From: Candidatus Pelearchaeum maunauluense
GTDB lineage: Archaea > Thermoproteota > Nitrososphaeria_A > Caldarchaeales > Caldarchaeaceae
DNA length: 64,000 nucleotides
Assembly: GCA_030059675.1 (NCBI GenBank)
Contig: JANVYQ010000003.1
Span: forward strand, 96,001-160,000
Reading direction: 5' to 3'
This document shows positions 1-9,471 of the stretch, in pieces. The notes under the pieces are model-generated. The model saw only the letters and a program-made list of their open reading frames with translations. It did no database searches and was not told where the DNA came from. Position 1 is the first letter of the stretch. Every line of letters begins with the position of its first letter. The translations under genes were made by a program, and so were the position numbers.

Positions 1-120
1 GCGCATAGAAATCTTGAACAAAGCCCATCTGCGGGCCAGCTCGTCAAGCTCCTCTGAAGTTATCTCAGCCCGTAGAATCTCTTTAGCTATGCTATCAAAC
101 TCGTCCCTACCATCTTGCAT
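1..120 (-). CDS. 5' part of a hypothetical protein running off the window edge
   Basis: Manual minus-strand translation from ATG at 120: MQDGRDEFDSIAKEILRAEITSEELDELARRWALFKISMR, open to the edge; divergent from nuoA. Confidence 0.5.
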   Translation of the reverse strand, partial: MQDGRDEFDSIAKEILRAEITSEELDELARRWALFKISMR

Positions 121-148
121 ACCCTGTACCTCTATGTCCAGACTCAGA

Positions 149-156
149 TTTAAATA
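149..156. promoter_or_regulatory. TATA box in the divergent intergenic region upstream of nuoA
   Basis: TTTAAATA about 34 nt upstream of the nuoA ATG and about 29 nt from the divergent ATG. Confidence 0.45.
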
Positions 157-189
157 CGCGGTAAAAACAGATTCGCAAGGTGCCTAAAC

Positions 190-546
190 ATGGCATCATA
201 TGACGCGCTTATAATCTACCTAGTTCTAGTAGTGATACTCCCTCTACTATTCTGGGGTATGAACAAGCTTCTGGGCCCCCGTAGGCCCCAGAGAAAGAAG
301 AGTATAGCCTTTGAGTGTGGGCAGGAGCCTATGCGATGGAGGCCATCTCCCTTCCCATTTGAATATTTCCCATACGCCATAATCTATGTGGCTTACGCGG
401 TTTTGGCTGTTGTTGCGTTTCTCACATCGGTAACGCTGATAGATAGACCAGACGCGGCTCTTCGCGTGATATTGATACTCGCTATAATAAGCGCCTCGTC
501 AATCTATTTGGCGCTAAACCTTAGAGACCTAGGGCAGAGGTTGTAG
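190..546 (+). CDS. nuoA: NADH-quinone oxidoreductase (complex I) subunit A
   Basis: 118 aa, 3 TM helices, K-x-x-x-FECG loop, followed by nuoH. Confidence 0.9.
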   Translation: MASYDALIIYLVLVVILPLLFWGMNKLLGPRRPQRKKSIAFECGQEPMRWRPSPFPFEYFPYAIIYVAYAVLAVVAFLTSVTLIDRPDAALRVILILAIISASSIYLALNLRDLGQRL

Positions 547-550
547 TGAT

Positions 551-1588
551 ATGCCACTAACAGCTCAAATCCTTCCTCCACCAATCGAGCAGCTCATAAA
601 CTTCATCGCAAGTGACGCGTTTGTTAAAGCAGTTATATTTCCAGGCGTCATATTTGTATCAGTCTTTGGGCTTTTTACTGTCTGGTATGAGAGAAAGTTG
701 CTGGCGCGTGTGATGTTGCGTATAGGTCCTCTGCATGTCGGTAAGTATGCTGGTCTTCTGCAAGTTGTAGCGGATACTGTAAAGTTCCTAGCCAAAGAGT
801 ATATTGTCCCAGAAACTGCTAGACGCCGTTTATTCGTACTAATGCCGATGCTCGGCGTGGTTATTAATGCGCTTCTATTTGCATTCCTCCCCTTCGGCCC
901 TATGTGGCTCATATTCCCATCAGACATAAGCATACTCCTCTTCTTCGTCTTAGTGGCTATCTCTCCTCTACCGCTCATACTGGCTGGCTGGGCGTCTGGA
1001 AACAAATACAGCCTGATAGGCATCGTTAGATTCGCCTTCCAGATATTCGCATACGAGATACCGTTGTTCCTAGCTCTTACTGGTGTTATCGTGATGGCTC
1101 GTTCATTTGATATAGTTAAGATAGTTGAAGCCCAAGCATCCATGCCGTTCATCGTACCGCAGATAATTGGGTTCTTGGCTTTCTTCATAACCTTGGTGAG
1201 CGAAGTAGAGCGGATCCCCTTTGATATGCCAACAGCCGAGCAGGAGCTTGTAGAGGGATGGATGGTGGAATTCTCCTCCTATGGATTCTTAATGCTTCAG
1301 TTAGCAAATTACCTAAAGCTAGACGCGCTAGTAGTACTAACGGCCCTCCTATACCTAGGTGGGTGGTACGGGCCAGCCATACCTGGAATACCAGACTTCA
1401 TACTAGCTCCCCTCTGGGTTCTCCTAAAATCCCTAGTCATACTAGCAGCCATACTCCTCCTAAGAGGAACTTATCCACGGATAACGATTAAGAAAATATT
1501 AGACCTGGGTTGGCGGGTTCTCATACCGATGACGTTGCTAAACCTGCTCATAGTAAGTGTTATTATGACTATTCCCCAGCTCCTCTAA
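551..1588 (+). CDS. nuoH: Complex I subunit H
   Basis: ERK..AR..RIGP, GLLQVVADTVKFLAKE, ERIPFDMPTAEQELVEGWMVEFS and YPR motifs. Confidence 0.95.
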   Translation: MPLTAQILPPPIEQLINFIASDAFVKAVIFPGVIFVSVFGLFTVWYERKLLARVMLRIGPLHVGKYAGLLQVVADTVKFLAKEYIVPETARRRLFVLMPMLGVVINALLFAFLPFGPMWLIFPSDISILLFFVLVAISPLPLILAGWASGNKYSLIGIVRFAFQIFAYEIPLFLALTGVIVMARSFDIVKIVEAQASMPFIVPQIIGFLAFFITLVSEVERIPFDMPTAEQELVEGWMVEFSSYGFLMLQLANYLKLDALVVLTALLYLGGWYGPAIPGIPDFILAPLWVLLKSLVILAAILLLRGTYPRITIKKILDLGWRVLIPMTLLNLLIVSVIMTIPQLL

Positions 1589-1977
1589 CGGCCTGCTATT
1601 CTCTCCGCCGCTATCTTCAGAATAACTCTAGTCTCTCTACCCTTCCATGGATATTTTTCCTTCCCTAGATACTTCTTGGCAAGCGAGTCTATATGCTCGT
1701 CAGCGCCATCTGTGGTCTGCTCAATCACACGGCCACGTATCATATACGCTTTATACGGATTATTCCAGTCCACTATCGCTATAGCAACACGCGGGTCTCT
1801 GCTAACGTTACGTTGCTTCACTCTCCCCACCGCGGTATTCACGCGTATTGTGTCGTCTTCTCTATCAATCCATACAGGCGTAACCTGAGGCGAGCCGTCA
1901 GGCATTATTGTTGCCAGAAAAGCAAAATTCTTACTGTCTATCATCTTCTTTAGTTCTTCGGGCAGTTCCAATACCAT
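1585..1977 (-). CDS. PPOX-class F420-dependent oxidoreductase (pyridoxamine 5'-phosphate oxidase-like)
   Basis: LATIMPDGSPQVTPVW, K.RNV.RDPRVAI, LAKKYLG..YP motifs. Confidence 0.85.
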   Translation of the reverse strand: MVLELPEELKKMIDSKNFAFLATIMPDGSPQVTPVWIDREDDTIRVNTAVGRVKQRNVSRDPRVAIAIVDWNNPYKAYMIRGRVIEQTTDGADEHIDSLAKKYLGKEKYPWKGRETRVILKIAAERIAGR

Positions 1978-2018
1978 GCAATATAATTAATGAGGGGTGA
2001 AAATATGGTTTTCGTATA

Positions 2019-2396
2019 CTACCCCTTCCGCATTCGCTTCAGCTTGAATTCTAGGCCAGTGGCTATAAGGTTGGCGCGAGTTATAGCATATACCACCTGG
2101 TTTGATATGCGGGCATGTAACATGCTATCCACGTTACCGCCATTCTCACGCCATTTGCTATATATTGATACAATGTTATTGTTCAAGTCATCATAGCCAG
2201 CCATAATTTTCAAAAATTCCTGATTATTCTTGAGTTGTTCATTTGTCTGATACGCCTTTTCTATGTATGAATAGTCTTCCTCGTCAAGAAACTTTCTTAA
2301 GTAGTAGATTAGCTCCTTAATCTTTGTACGGCATTCAAGCATGGTAGCACGTTGTGACGCTGTTATTTCATGCGAAGCGCTCATTCTATCCGCCAC
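2019..2396 (-). CDS. Hypothetical helical protein overlapping the nuoI stop
   Basis: 125-aa ORF translationally coupled to nuoI; no motif recognised. Confidence 0.7.
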   Translation of the reverse strand: MADRMSASHEITASQRATMLECRTKIKELIYYLRKFLDEEDYSYIEKAYQTNEQLKNNQEFLKIMAGYDDLNNNIVSIYSKWRENGGNVDSMLHARISNQVVYAITRANLIATGLEFKLKRMRKG

Positions 2397-3306
2397 CTCG
2401 TAGTATTAGATGTAGTCTTTCAAACCAGCCAAGCTCGGCAGGCGGCTGTGTTCTCGGAGGACTGGCCAGCTTCCTCGGGTCATAATAGAGAGAGATACGG
2501 TCTGTTGCTGACAGCTCATATTCGGGAGACATTTCCAAGGCGTAGAATGGGCATGCATCAACACAGAATCCACAGAATACGCATCTACCATAATCTACAG
2601 ATGGGAAGTATGACTTCTTATTCTGGGGCATACCCTCATCTATCTTTACGACTCCCAGTCTTATCTTTAAGTCGTCACGGGTTATCTCGTGATACTCGTC
2701 TTCTTTATCGGCTCCCTCAACAGTGACGGGCTTAACGCTCCAACCATTCTCAGAGCACCAGCGTAGGAACTCGGAGAAATGCTTCTCTATCACCGCCTCG
2801 GAGCGATAGTCATATATGGGGTCTAGGTTTAGCTTCCACACATAGCTGCTATCCTTCTGCTGTACGCTGCGAATGTCAGACCATGCGACTGGGATAACTG
2901 GGTGAGATACTGATAGGTTATGCTCACTATGCTGCTTAGGCGATAAGCTATCCACCAAAGCCTCCATAAGCTCCACAACAGTCTTCTCCCCCCTCTTTAG
3001 AGCATCGTAGAAAGCCTTATCAAAATGCAGTAAGACATTAAACCCATACACCATAGTTATTGCCTCTGAAATATTCTGGCACGCTATATCACAAAGACTA
3101 CAACCCGTGCATTTATTCATGTGTAGGACGTGTCTCCCCTTAAAGCCAGGGTAGGCTATGCCCGCCTTTGGGTCGTATCTAAAGTTCTCTCCTGTAACGT
3201 TTTCTATCCTCTCATAAGGATACTTGACAGTCACGGGTGTCATGAATATGTGTTTTACCGCAACTACAAACGGCTTAATTACACGCGAGACTTGGCTGAG
3301 CGACAC
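2386..3306 (-). CDS. nuoI: Complex I subunit I (2x[4Fe-4S]) with a large internal insertion
   Basis: TVKYPYE...FKGRH, CTGCSLCDIAC and DYGRCVFCGFCVDACP motifs; 306 aa versus the usual ~160-180 aa. Confidence 0.9.
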   Translation of the reverse strand: MSLSQVSRVIKPFVVAVKHIFMTPVTVKYPYERIENVTGENFRYDPKAGIAYPGFKGRHVLHMNKCTGCSLCDIACQNISEAITMVYGFNVLLHFDKAFYDALKRGEKTVVELMEALVDSLSPKQHSEHNLSVSHPVIPVAWSDIRSVQQKDSSYVWKLNLDPIYDYRSEAVIEKHFSEFLRWCSENGWSVKPVTVEGADKEDEYHEITRDDLKIRLGVVKIDEGMPQNKKSYFPSVDYGRCVFCGFCVDACPFYALEMSPEYELSATDRISLYYDPRKLASPPRTQPPAELGWFERLHLILRGGG

Positions 3307-3369
3307 GTCCTAAACACCTACTACGCAGCTGCCAGACTTGGGTTTTCCCTCCCTAAATAGATAGCCTAG

Positions 3370-4449
3370 CTAGTCGGGGCTTTTGCTCTCCGAGCCCATC
3401 TTGGCGTGGGCTATTATGCTTATCTGGCCAGCAACCTGGCGGCACAGAGCTCTAAACGCATCGGCTGACGACGAGTCTGGCTTAGCTATAACAATGGGCG
3501 TTCCTAGGTCATGGTGCTCCCGTATTTCTGGATTGAGAGGAAGCTCGCCTAAGAAGGGGACATTCATGCTCTTAGCCACTGCTTTAGCGCCACCGCTTCC
3601 AAAGATGCCAGTACGCTTATGGCAGTGCGGGCACTCAAAGTAGCTCATGTTCTCAACAACTCCTATTATTGGAATGCCAAGCTTGGAGAACATCCGCAAA
3701 GCCTTCGAAGCTATAGCTACAGCCGCTTCCTGTGGTGTTGTTACTATTACGACGCCTGTCAGAGGTATAGTTTGGGCCAGCGTTAGAGGCGCGTCACCTG
3801 TACCGGGCGGTAGGTCTACGATTAGGTAGTCAAGCTCCCCCCACTCGGCGTCGGTCAGCAGTTGTTTGACCGCCCCGGCCACCAACGGGCCACGCCATAT
3901 AACTGGAGAATCATCCTGAACAAAAAGGCCGAGAGACATCACCTTAACGTTAAGAAATGTAGTGGCTGGTATAACCTTCCCAGTAGGCGACCTGTCAGGG
4001 AGGTTGGTAATCTTGATTATCTTTGGTATCGTTGGTCCGTATATATCGGCGTCTAGTAAGCCTACTTTTGCTCCTGTCCCGGCCAGCGCGAGAGCTAGGT
4101 TCACGGCTACAGTAGATTTTCCTACACCACCCTTGCCGCTTGCTATTGCTACGACGTTCTTGATGTTGGTGAATAGGTCTTCTGGGGATATGGGCCGGGC
4201 AGACCATACGCGCGCTGTAACCTTCATATCAACGTCGCTCACACCTGGTATGCTGGCAACTGCTTGTCGTGCTTCGCGTTCAATCTGAGCGTTGAATGGA
4301 CATGCTGGGGTTGTGAGTTCTAGAGTAAAGCTGACCCTTCCGCCTTCAACTTTCACATCCTTAATCATGCCGAGAGACACGATATCCCGCCCAAGCTCAG
4401 GGTCTACGACCCTCTTCAGCGATTGTATAACGTCCTTTTCACTGGGCAA
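3370..4449 (-). CDS. mrp: Mrp/ApbC/NBP35 Fe-S cluster carrier ATPase with N-terminal DUF59 domain
   Basis: DPEL..DIVSLG, TTPACP, SGKGGVGKST, DADIYGP, DLPPGTGD, ENMSYFECPHC. Confidence 0.93.
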   Translation of the reverse strand: MPSEKDVIQSLKRVVDPELGRDIVSLGMIKDVKVEGGRVSFTLELTTPACPFNAQIEREARQAVASIPGVSDVDMKVTARVWSARPISPEDLFTNIKNVVAIASGKGGVGKSTVAVNLALALAGTGAKVGLLDADIYGPTIPKIIKITNLPDRSPTGKVIPATTFLNVKVMSLGLFVQDDSPVIWRGPLVAGAVKQLLTDAEWGELDYLIVDLPPGTGDAPLTLAQTIPLTGVVIVTTPQEAAVAIASKALRMFSKLGIPIIGVVENMSYFECPHCHKRTGIFGSGGAKAVAKSMNVPFLGELPLNPEIREHHDLGTPIVIAKPDSSSADAFRALCRQVAGQISIIAHAKMGSESKSPD

Positions 4450-4521
4450 ATTTTATCCCACTAACGATTTCTATGCGGGGTTAGTATTTTAGCGTTATCG
4501 GCCTAAAAGATGATGGATAGC

Positions 4522-6117
4522 TTAGGCTCTTAAGCCCAGTTCTGTTGACTTTTGATATGTTCCGAATACTTGTCTCAGTGTATCGGAAATCTCTCCCAGC
4601 GTAGCTCGTGCCTTGACGCACTCTAGTATAGGCGGTACTAGATTATCCTCGCTTTCTGCACTCTCCTTAAGCCGCGTTAAAGATTTCTTAACTTCGCTCA
4701 AGTCGCGTGAATTCCTAAATTGCTTTAAGCGTTCTACCTGTATCTTCTCAAGCTCAGGGTCTACCTTCATCAAGTCAATACGTGGAATCTCTTCACTCTT
4801 GAACATATTAACACCTATGATTATCCTCTCACCTTCCTCAACCTCGCGTTGGAACAAGTATGCGGAATCGCTGATTTCGTTAATCATTCTCGTTATAGCC
4901 TGCTCCAGTGGAAGCTTTCGCAGCTCCTCCAGAAGCTTCCAAGCCCTATTCTCAACCTCATCTGTTAATGCCTCCACGTAGTATGAGCCAGCGAGGGGGT
5001 CTACTGTTGCTGGTATATTAGTTTCATACGCTATTATCTGCTGTATTCTCAGCGCCAGCTTGGCTGATAGCTCTGTAGGTATAGCTAGTGCCTCGTCGTA
5101 CGCGTTTGTATGGAGAGATTGTGTTCCTCCAAGTATTGCGGAGAGAGCTTGCAGCGTTACGCGTGTAATGTTATTCATAGGCTCTATCGCTGTGAGAGAA
5201 GCTCCAGATGTCTGCGTGTGGAATTTAAGCATCATGGACTCGCGTTTTTTAGCACCATACCATTCGCGCATTATCGTTGCCCAGATTCTGCGCGCTGCTC
5301 TAAACTTGGCTATCTCCTCAAAAAAGTCCATACCTGCTACGAAGAAGAAAGAGAGCGTAGGGGCAAACGCGTCAATATCCAACCCACGCTCAAGAGCGCG
5401 CTCAACATATACACATGCATTATAGAATGTGAATGCGAGTTCCTGAACCGCTGTTGCACCTGCTTCGCGTATGTGGTAGCCGCTTATACTTATGGGGTGA
5501 AACTTCGGGACATTTCTAGAAGTGTATTCTATTATATCCACAGCTAGGCGTAGTGAGGGTTCTGGTGGGTAGATGAAGGTATTACGTGCTATAAACTCCT
5601 TTAATATATCATTCTGGACGGTTCCTCTCAACTGTTCTGGTTTTATCCCGTGTCTGGCCGCTTCTGCTATGTAGAAGGATAATAGTATTGCCGCCGTCGA
5701 GTTTATGGTCATGGATGTGCTTACCTTATCCAGTGGTATTCCATCCATTAGGCGGGACATGTCGTCGATTGTTGATATTGCAACACCTACTTTGCCCACC
5801 TCACCAGCGACGCGTGGGTGGTCTGAGTCATAGCCCATCTGTGTAGGTAGGTCAAATGCTACGCTAAGCCCAGTCTGGCCTTGCGATAAGAGGAATCTGA
5901 ATCTCCTGTTTGTTTCTTCGGCGCTACCGAAGCCTGAGTACTGCCGCATGGTCCAGAGTCGCTGCCTATACATCAGGGGATATATCCCGCGTGTGAATGG
6001 ATACTCTCCAGGAAGGCCTAGTTTTTCTGTTAAATTGCGGTCTTTAATGTCCTCCTCGGTATAGAGAGGCTTTATATCAATACCTGACTCGGTTTTCCAG
6101 CTTTTCCTACCCTGCAT
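4522..6117 (-). CDS. mcmA: Methylmalonyl-CoA mutase, substrate-binding (large) subunit
   Basis: PGEYPFTRGIYP.MY..RLWTMRQYSGFG, GLSVAFDLPTQMGYDSD, QNDILKE, GYHIREAG; no B12-binding domain. Confidence 0.92.
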   Translation of the reverse strand: MQGRKSWKTESGIDIKPLYTEEDIKDRNLTEKLGLPGEYPFTRGIYPLMYRQRLWTMRQYSGFGSAEETNRRFRFLLSQGQTGLSVAFDLPTQMGYDSDHPRVAGEVGKVGVAISTIDDMSRLMDGIPLDKVSTSMTINSTAAILLSFYIAEAARHGIKPEQLRGTVQNDILKEFIARNTFIYPPEPSLRLAVDIIEYTSRNVPKFHPISISGYHIREAGATAVQELAFTFYNACVYVERALERGLDIDAFAPTLSFFFVAGMDFFEEIAKFRAARRIWATIMREWYGAKKRESMMLKFHTQTSGASLTAIEPMNNITRVTLQALSAILGGTQSLHTNAYDEALAIPTELSAKLALRIQQIIAYETNIPATVDPLAGSYYVEALTDEVENRAWKLLEELRKLPLEQAITRMINEISDSAYLFQREVEEGERIIIGVNMFKSEEIPRIDLMKVDPELEKIQVERLKQFRNSRDLSEVKKSLTRLKESAESEDNLVPPILECVKARATLGEISDTLRQVFGTYQKSTELGLRA

Positions 6118-6155
6118 AGGTTACCAACTCTAGAACAATTATAACCCTAATAGTC

Positions 6156-7091
6156 TTAAACCTTTAACTCATGTCTTAAGCGCTGGGCAATCTCGTGAGC
6201 CGCTGCTTCAATAGTTATCTCACGCTCCAATATCATATCAACGTATTTCCGCATCTCTTTATTGGAATCTATTAACTCAGTTATCTGTGGTGTTAGATGC
6301 TTTATGACCGCAAAAGCCAGCGCGTCTTCTATACGTTTTCTTCGTCTCTGGCTTGTTGAATCTTGTTTTCCCCGCAATTCTAATATTTTCTCGGCAAGCT
6401 CGCGCACACCTTCGCCTGTTAGCGCTGATGTCTTGAGTATCTTGATATTGTTAGGTAATGTGTTTCTGAGTATGTTTATGGTGGCTTCTGCGCCAGGTAT
6501 GTCGGATTTATTCACTACCACTATGTCTGCAATCTCCAGTATGCCCGCTTTAAGGCTCTGAATCTCGTCCCCAGTTTGAGGCATCACGACGAGCATAACA
6601 ACATCAGCTATTCGCGCAACCTCCACATCACTCTGACCAGCGCCTACAGTTTCTATCATTATGACATCTTTCCCAGAGGCCTCAAGAAGTTTCGCAGCGC
6701 CCTCGGCGGCTTCTGAAAGACCCCCAATCCCCCCTCTACTAGCCATACTTCTTATGAATATCCTATCAACCAGCGCTGCGTCAATCATTCTAAGCCTATC
6801 GCCCAGAACAGCCCCACCCGTGAAAGGGCTTGTAGGGTCTATCGCAAGTATCCCAATATCAAGACCTCGTTCAGCGAAATCTAGGGCAAGCCGTCCAAGT
6901 AGTGTGCTCTTGCCCGCTCCAGGAGCTCCTGTAACACCTATAATAAGCGCTTTTCTATCTCTCTTCGGTAGCTGTGCCAAGAAAGCCCTAGCAGCAGCGC
7001 TGTCGGATTCAATCAACGTTATCGCCCGCGCTATTGCCCGTCTATCACCTGAGATAACGCCTCTAACATACTCGTCTACGTTCAAGGACAC
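6156..7091 (-). CDS. meaB: Methylmalonyl-CoA mutase-associated GTPase MeaB
   Basis: GVTGAPGAGKST, DPTSPFTGGAVLGDRLRM, IETVGAGQS, NKSD. Confidence 0.93.
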   Translation of the reverse strand: MSLNVDEYVRGVISGDRRAIARAITLIESDSAAARAFLAQLPKRDRKALIIGVTGAPGAGKSTLLGRLALDFAERGLDIGILAIDPTSPFTGGAVLGDRLRMIDAALVDRIFIRSMASRGGIGGLSEAAEGAAKLLEASGKDVIMIETVGAGQSDVEVARIADVVMLVVMPQTGDEIQSLKAGILEIADIVVVNKSDIPGAEATINILRNTLPNNIKILKTSALTGEGVRELAEKILELRGKQDSTSQRRRKRIEDALAFAVIKHLTPQITELIDSNKEMRKYVDMILEREITIEAAAHEIAQRLRHELKV

Positions 7092-7128
7092 TCCAACTCT
7101 CCCATAAGGCTGGTTATTAATTAGGGTT

Positions 7129-7641
7129 TTAAGGCTCCAACTCTATGAGGAGCTGCCCCTTCGCAACGCTTTGGCCTGGTTTGATATGTATCTTCTTCAC
7201 AATACCTCTGTGAGGAGCGCCTATCATTATTTCGGTCTTCATCGATTCCAACACCGCTAGCGGCTGGCCTGCATCTATAACAGCGCCCTCATCAACCATT
7301 AATTTGATAACCTTCCCTGGAAAAGGACATGTAATTACGCCATGCTGAGCCTGCTCTACTGCGGCTCGCCGTGTTGCTGAATATGGTCGTAAAAGCTCAG
7401 CCCTATAAGCTATTCCGCCTAACCAAAGGGTAATTAAATCACTACCAGACCGCTCAACCGCAAATGAGAGACTCCTATCATCACTAGTTTTAAGAACAAT
7501 CTCATCCTCATCCCTACTGACCAACATCACCTCAATCTTTTCCCCATTAATACTAATTACCAGCCTGCCCTCATACTCTTCTGCGACAACAGTAACCCTA
7601 CGTCCATCCAGCGTGAAGCTGATTCTCCTAGATAAGGTCAT
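7129..7641 (-). CDS. accB: Biotin carboxyl carrier protein of acyl-CoA carboxylase
   Basis: C-terminal biotinyl domain with ESMKT biotin-lysine motif. Confidence 0.88.
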   Translation of the reverse strand: MTLSRRISFTLDGRRVTVVAEEYEGRLVISINGEKIEVMLVSRDEDEIVLKTSDDRSLSFAVERSGSDLITLWLGGIAYRAELLRPYSATRRAAVEQAQHGVITCPFPGKVIKLMVDEGAVIDAGQPLAVLESMKTEIMIGAPHRGIVKKIHIKPGQSVAKGQLLIELEP

Positions 7642-9151
7642 AATATCTAGTACCCACTATACGTCGCCGTTCTCTAGTCTGTTCATGGCGTGTTGGGTGT
7701 TGCATGTTGTTGCGGAAATATGCCGCGGCAGCGGCTATAGCATAGAGTTGGATTGAATTCTTCTCCTCTTCAACCTGCTTCTTAACCTTCTCCAAGATTC
7801 TCCGCCGCTCTATGAAGTCTGTATCAAGTTTTCCTGCTATGAAGTCCCCGTCCTCTAAAACAGCTTTGTGGAGAGGCGCTGTGGTAGCTATTCCTTCTAT
7901 GCGCATCTCGTTAAGCGCGCGAAGACATCTTACACGAGCCTCCTCAAAAGAACCACCCCAGCAGATTAGCTTAGCTATTAGAGAATCGTAAAATGCGGAG
8001 AGCTCCATCCCCTCATACAACGCGGTATCAACACGCACTCCAGGGCCGTTGGGTATGTGTAGCCGTATAACACGGCCTGTTGAGGGAGCAAAATCACTAA
8101 GAGGGTCTTCCGCGTTAATCCTACACTCTATAGCAGCGCCGATGGGATGTATTTCGTCTTGGGAGAAGGGAAGCGTCTCCCCACCTGCTAGGAGTATCTG
8201 CTGCTTCACTATATCAATCCCTGTACGCATCTCTGTTACTGGATGCTCTACTTGCAGCCTGGCATTAACCTCAATAAAGTATAGCCTCTTCCTCTCATCT
8301 AGGAGAAACTCAATAGTTCCCGCGTTCATGTAGTTTATAGCCCGCGCAGCTGCTACAGCTGCTTCGCCCATAGTAGACCTTAATTCCTCATCCAACGCTG
8401 GCGAGGGAGAAATCTCGACGAGCTTCTGAAAACGGCGCTGTATGCTGCATTCCCGTTCATGTAAATGAACCACCTCTCCACTGCTGTCAGCGAGTATTTG
8501 GAACTCTATATGCCTGGCAGGCTTTATTATCTTCTCAACGTATAGCGCTGTGCGTCCAAAGGCTGTACCAGCCTCCGCTGCCGCTATGCTGTACGCCTGT
8601 TTAAGCTCCTCTGGGTTATTTACTATGCGTATTCCCCTCCCGCCGCCACCGTAAACTGCTTTAAGCATAACTGGATATCCAACCTTATCAGCGAAGCTTA
8701 ACGCGTCCTCAAGCTCTACAGGCTTATCAACGCCTGGAACTGTTGGAACGCCCGCACTGGCAACCACCCTCCTACACTCAACCTTGTTCCCAGCAAGTTC
8801 AAGAGTGCGGCTGCTGGGACCTATGAAGATAATCCCCTCCTCCTCACAGCGTTTAGCGAATAATGGATTCTCGGACAAGAAACCATAGCCAGGATGCACT
8901 GCGTCAACGCCGCTTAAACGTGCCACCTCGATAATCTTCTCAATATTCAGATAACTCTCAGATGGCTCTGAGCCGCCCAAGGGGTAGGCGCGGTCAGATA
9001 ACCTGACGGGAAGGCTGCCTGCATCAACGTCGGAATATACTGTTACTGGCTTTATACCAAGCTCTCGGCATGCGCGGATTATCCTAAGAGCTATCTCGCC
9101 CCTATTCGCTATAAGCACCTTCCTAATCTCTCGCATCTCTTGCTCTAGCAC
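7628..9151 (-). CDS. accC: Acetyl/propionyl-CoA carboxylase biotin carboxylase subunit
   Basis: IANRGEIA, HPGYGFLSEN, GGGGRGIR, RECSIQRR, EVNARLQVEHPVTE. Confidence 0.95.
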   Translation of the reverse strand: MLEQEMREIRKVLIANRGEIALRIIRACRELGIKPVTVYSDVDAGSLPVRLSDRAYPLGGSEPSESYLNIEKIIEVARLSGVDAVHPGYGFLSENPLFAKRCEEEGIIFIGPSSRTLELAGNKVECRRVVASAGVPTVPGVDKPVELEDALSFADKVGYPVMLKAVYGGGGRGIRIVNNPEELKQAYSIAAAEAGTAFGRTALYVEKIIKPARHIEFQILADSSGEVVHLHERECSIQRRFQKLVEISPSPALDEELRSTMGEAAVAAARAINYMNAGTIEFLLDERKRLYFIEVNARLQVEHPVTEMRTGIDIVKQQILLAGGETLPFSQDEIHPIGAAIECRINAEDPLSDFAPSTGRVIRLHIPNGPGVRVDTALYEGMELSAFYDSLIAKLICWGGSFEEARVRCLRALNEMRIEGIATTAPLHKAVLEDGDFIAGKLDTDFIERRRILEKVKKQVEEEKNSIQLYAIAAAAAYFRNNMQHPTRHEQTRERRRIVGTRYYDLI

Positions 9152-9169
9152 AATAGAAGGGCTGTATAT

Positions 9170-9421
9170 TTAGCTGACTTCCAGCTGGTTCCGCAGCTTC
9201 ATAAGGAGATAGCGCCGATAAATCCTAGGCCCTATGGCCGCGTTTAGTATAGCTAGGGCTTGTATGGTTCCATGCGTGAGTGCGAAGACTAGTAGGGACT
9301 GCTTAAGAATTACAAGTGTTATTATCCCAGTTACAAATATGAATGCATGGACAAGTATGGCTAGAACCACCGCGTTGGTTTGGTAGCGCTTAACCGCGTC
9401 TTCAATCTGGCTAAGTGTCAT
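9170..9421 (-). CDS. Small membrane protein at the end of the oxidase cluster
   Basis: 83 aa with two hydrophobic segments, co-oriented with cox genes. Confidence 0.65.
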   Translation of the reverse strand: MTLSQIEDAVKRYQTNAVVLAILVHAFIFVTGIITLVILKQSLLVFALTHGTIQALAILNAAIGPRIYRRYLLMKLRNQLEVS

Positions 9422-9471
9422 AGCCTAACACCGTTAGGTGATAATGTTAGTTTTTGATAAGTTTTTCGCGG

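Noticed and set aside
2647-3048. NuoI insertion as an intein or intron
   Set aside because: No N-terminal Cys/Ser or C-terminal His-Asn before Cys/Ser/Thr, no LAGLIDADG motif, and the frame is open with protein-like composition.
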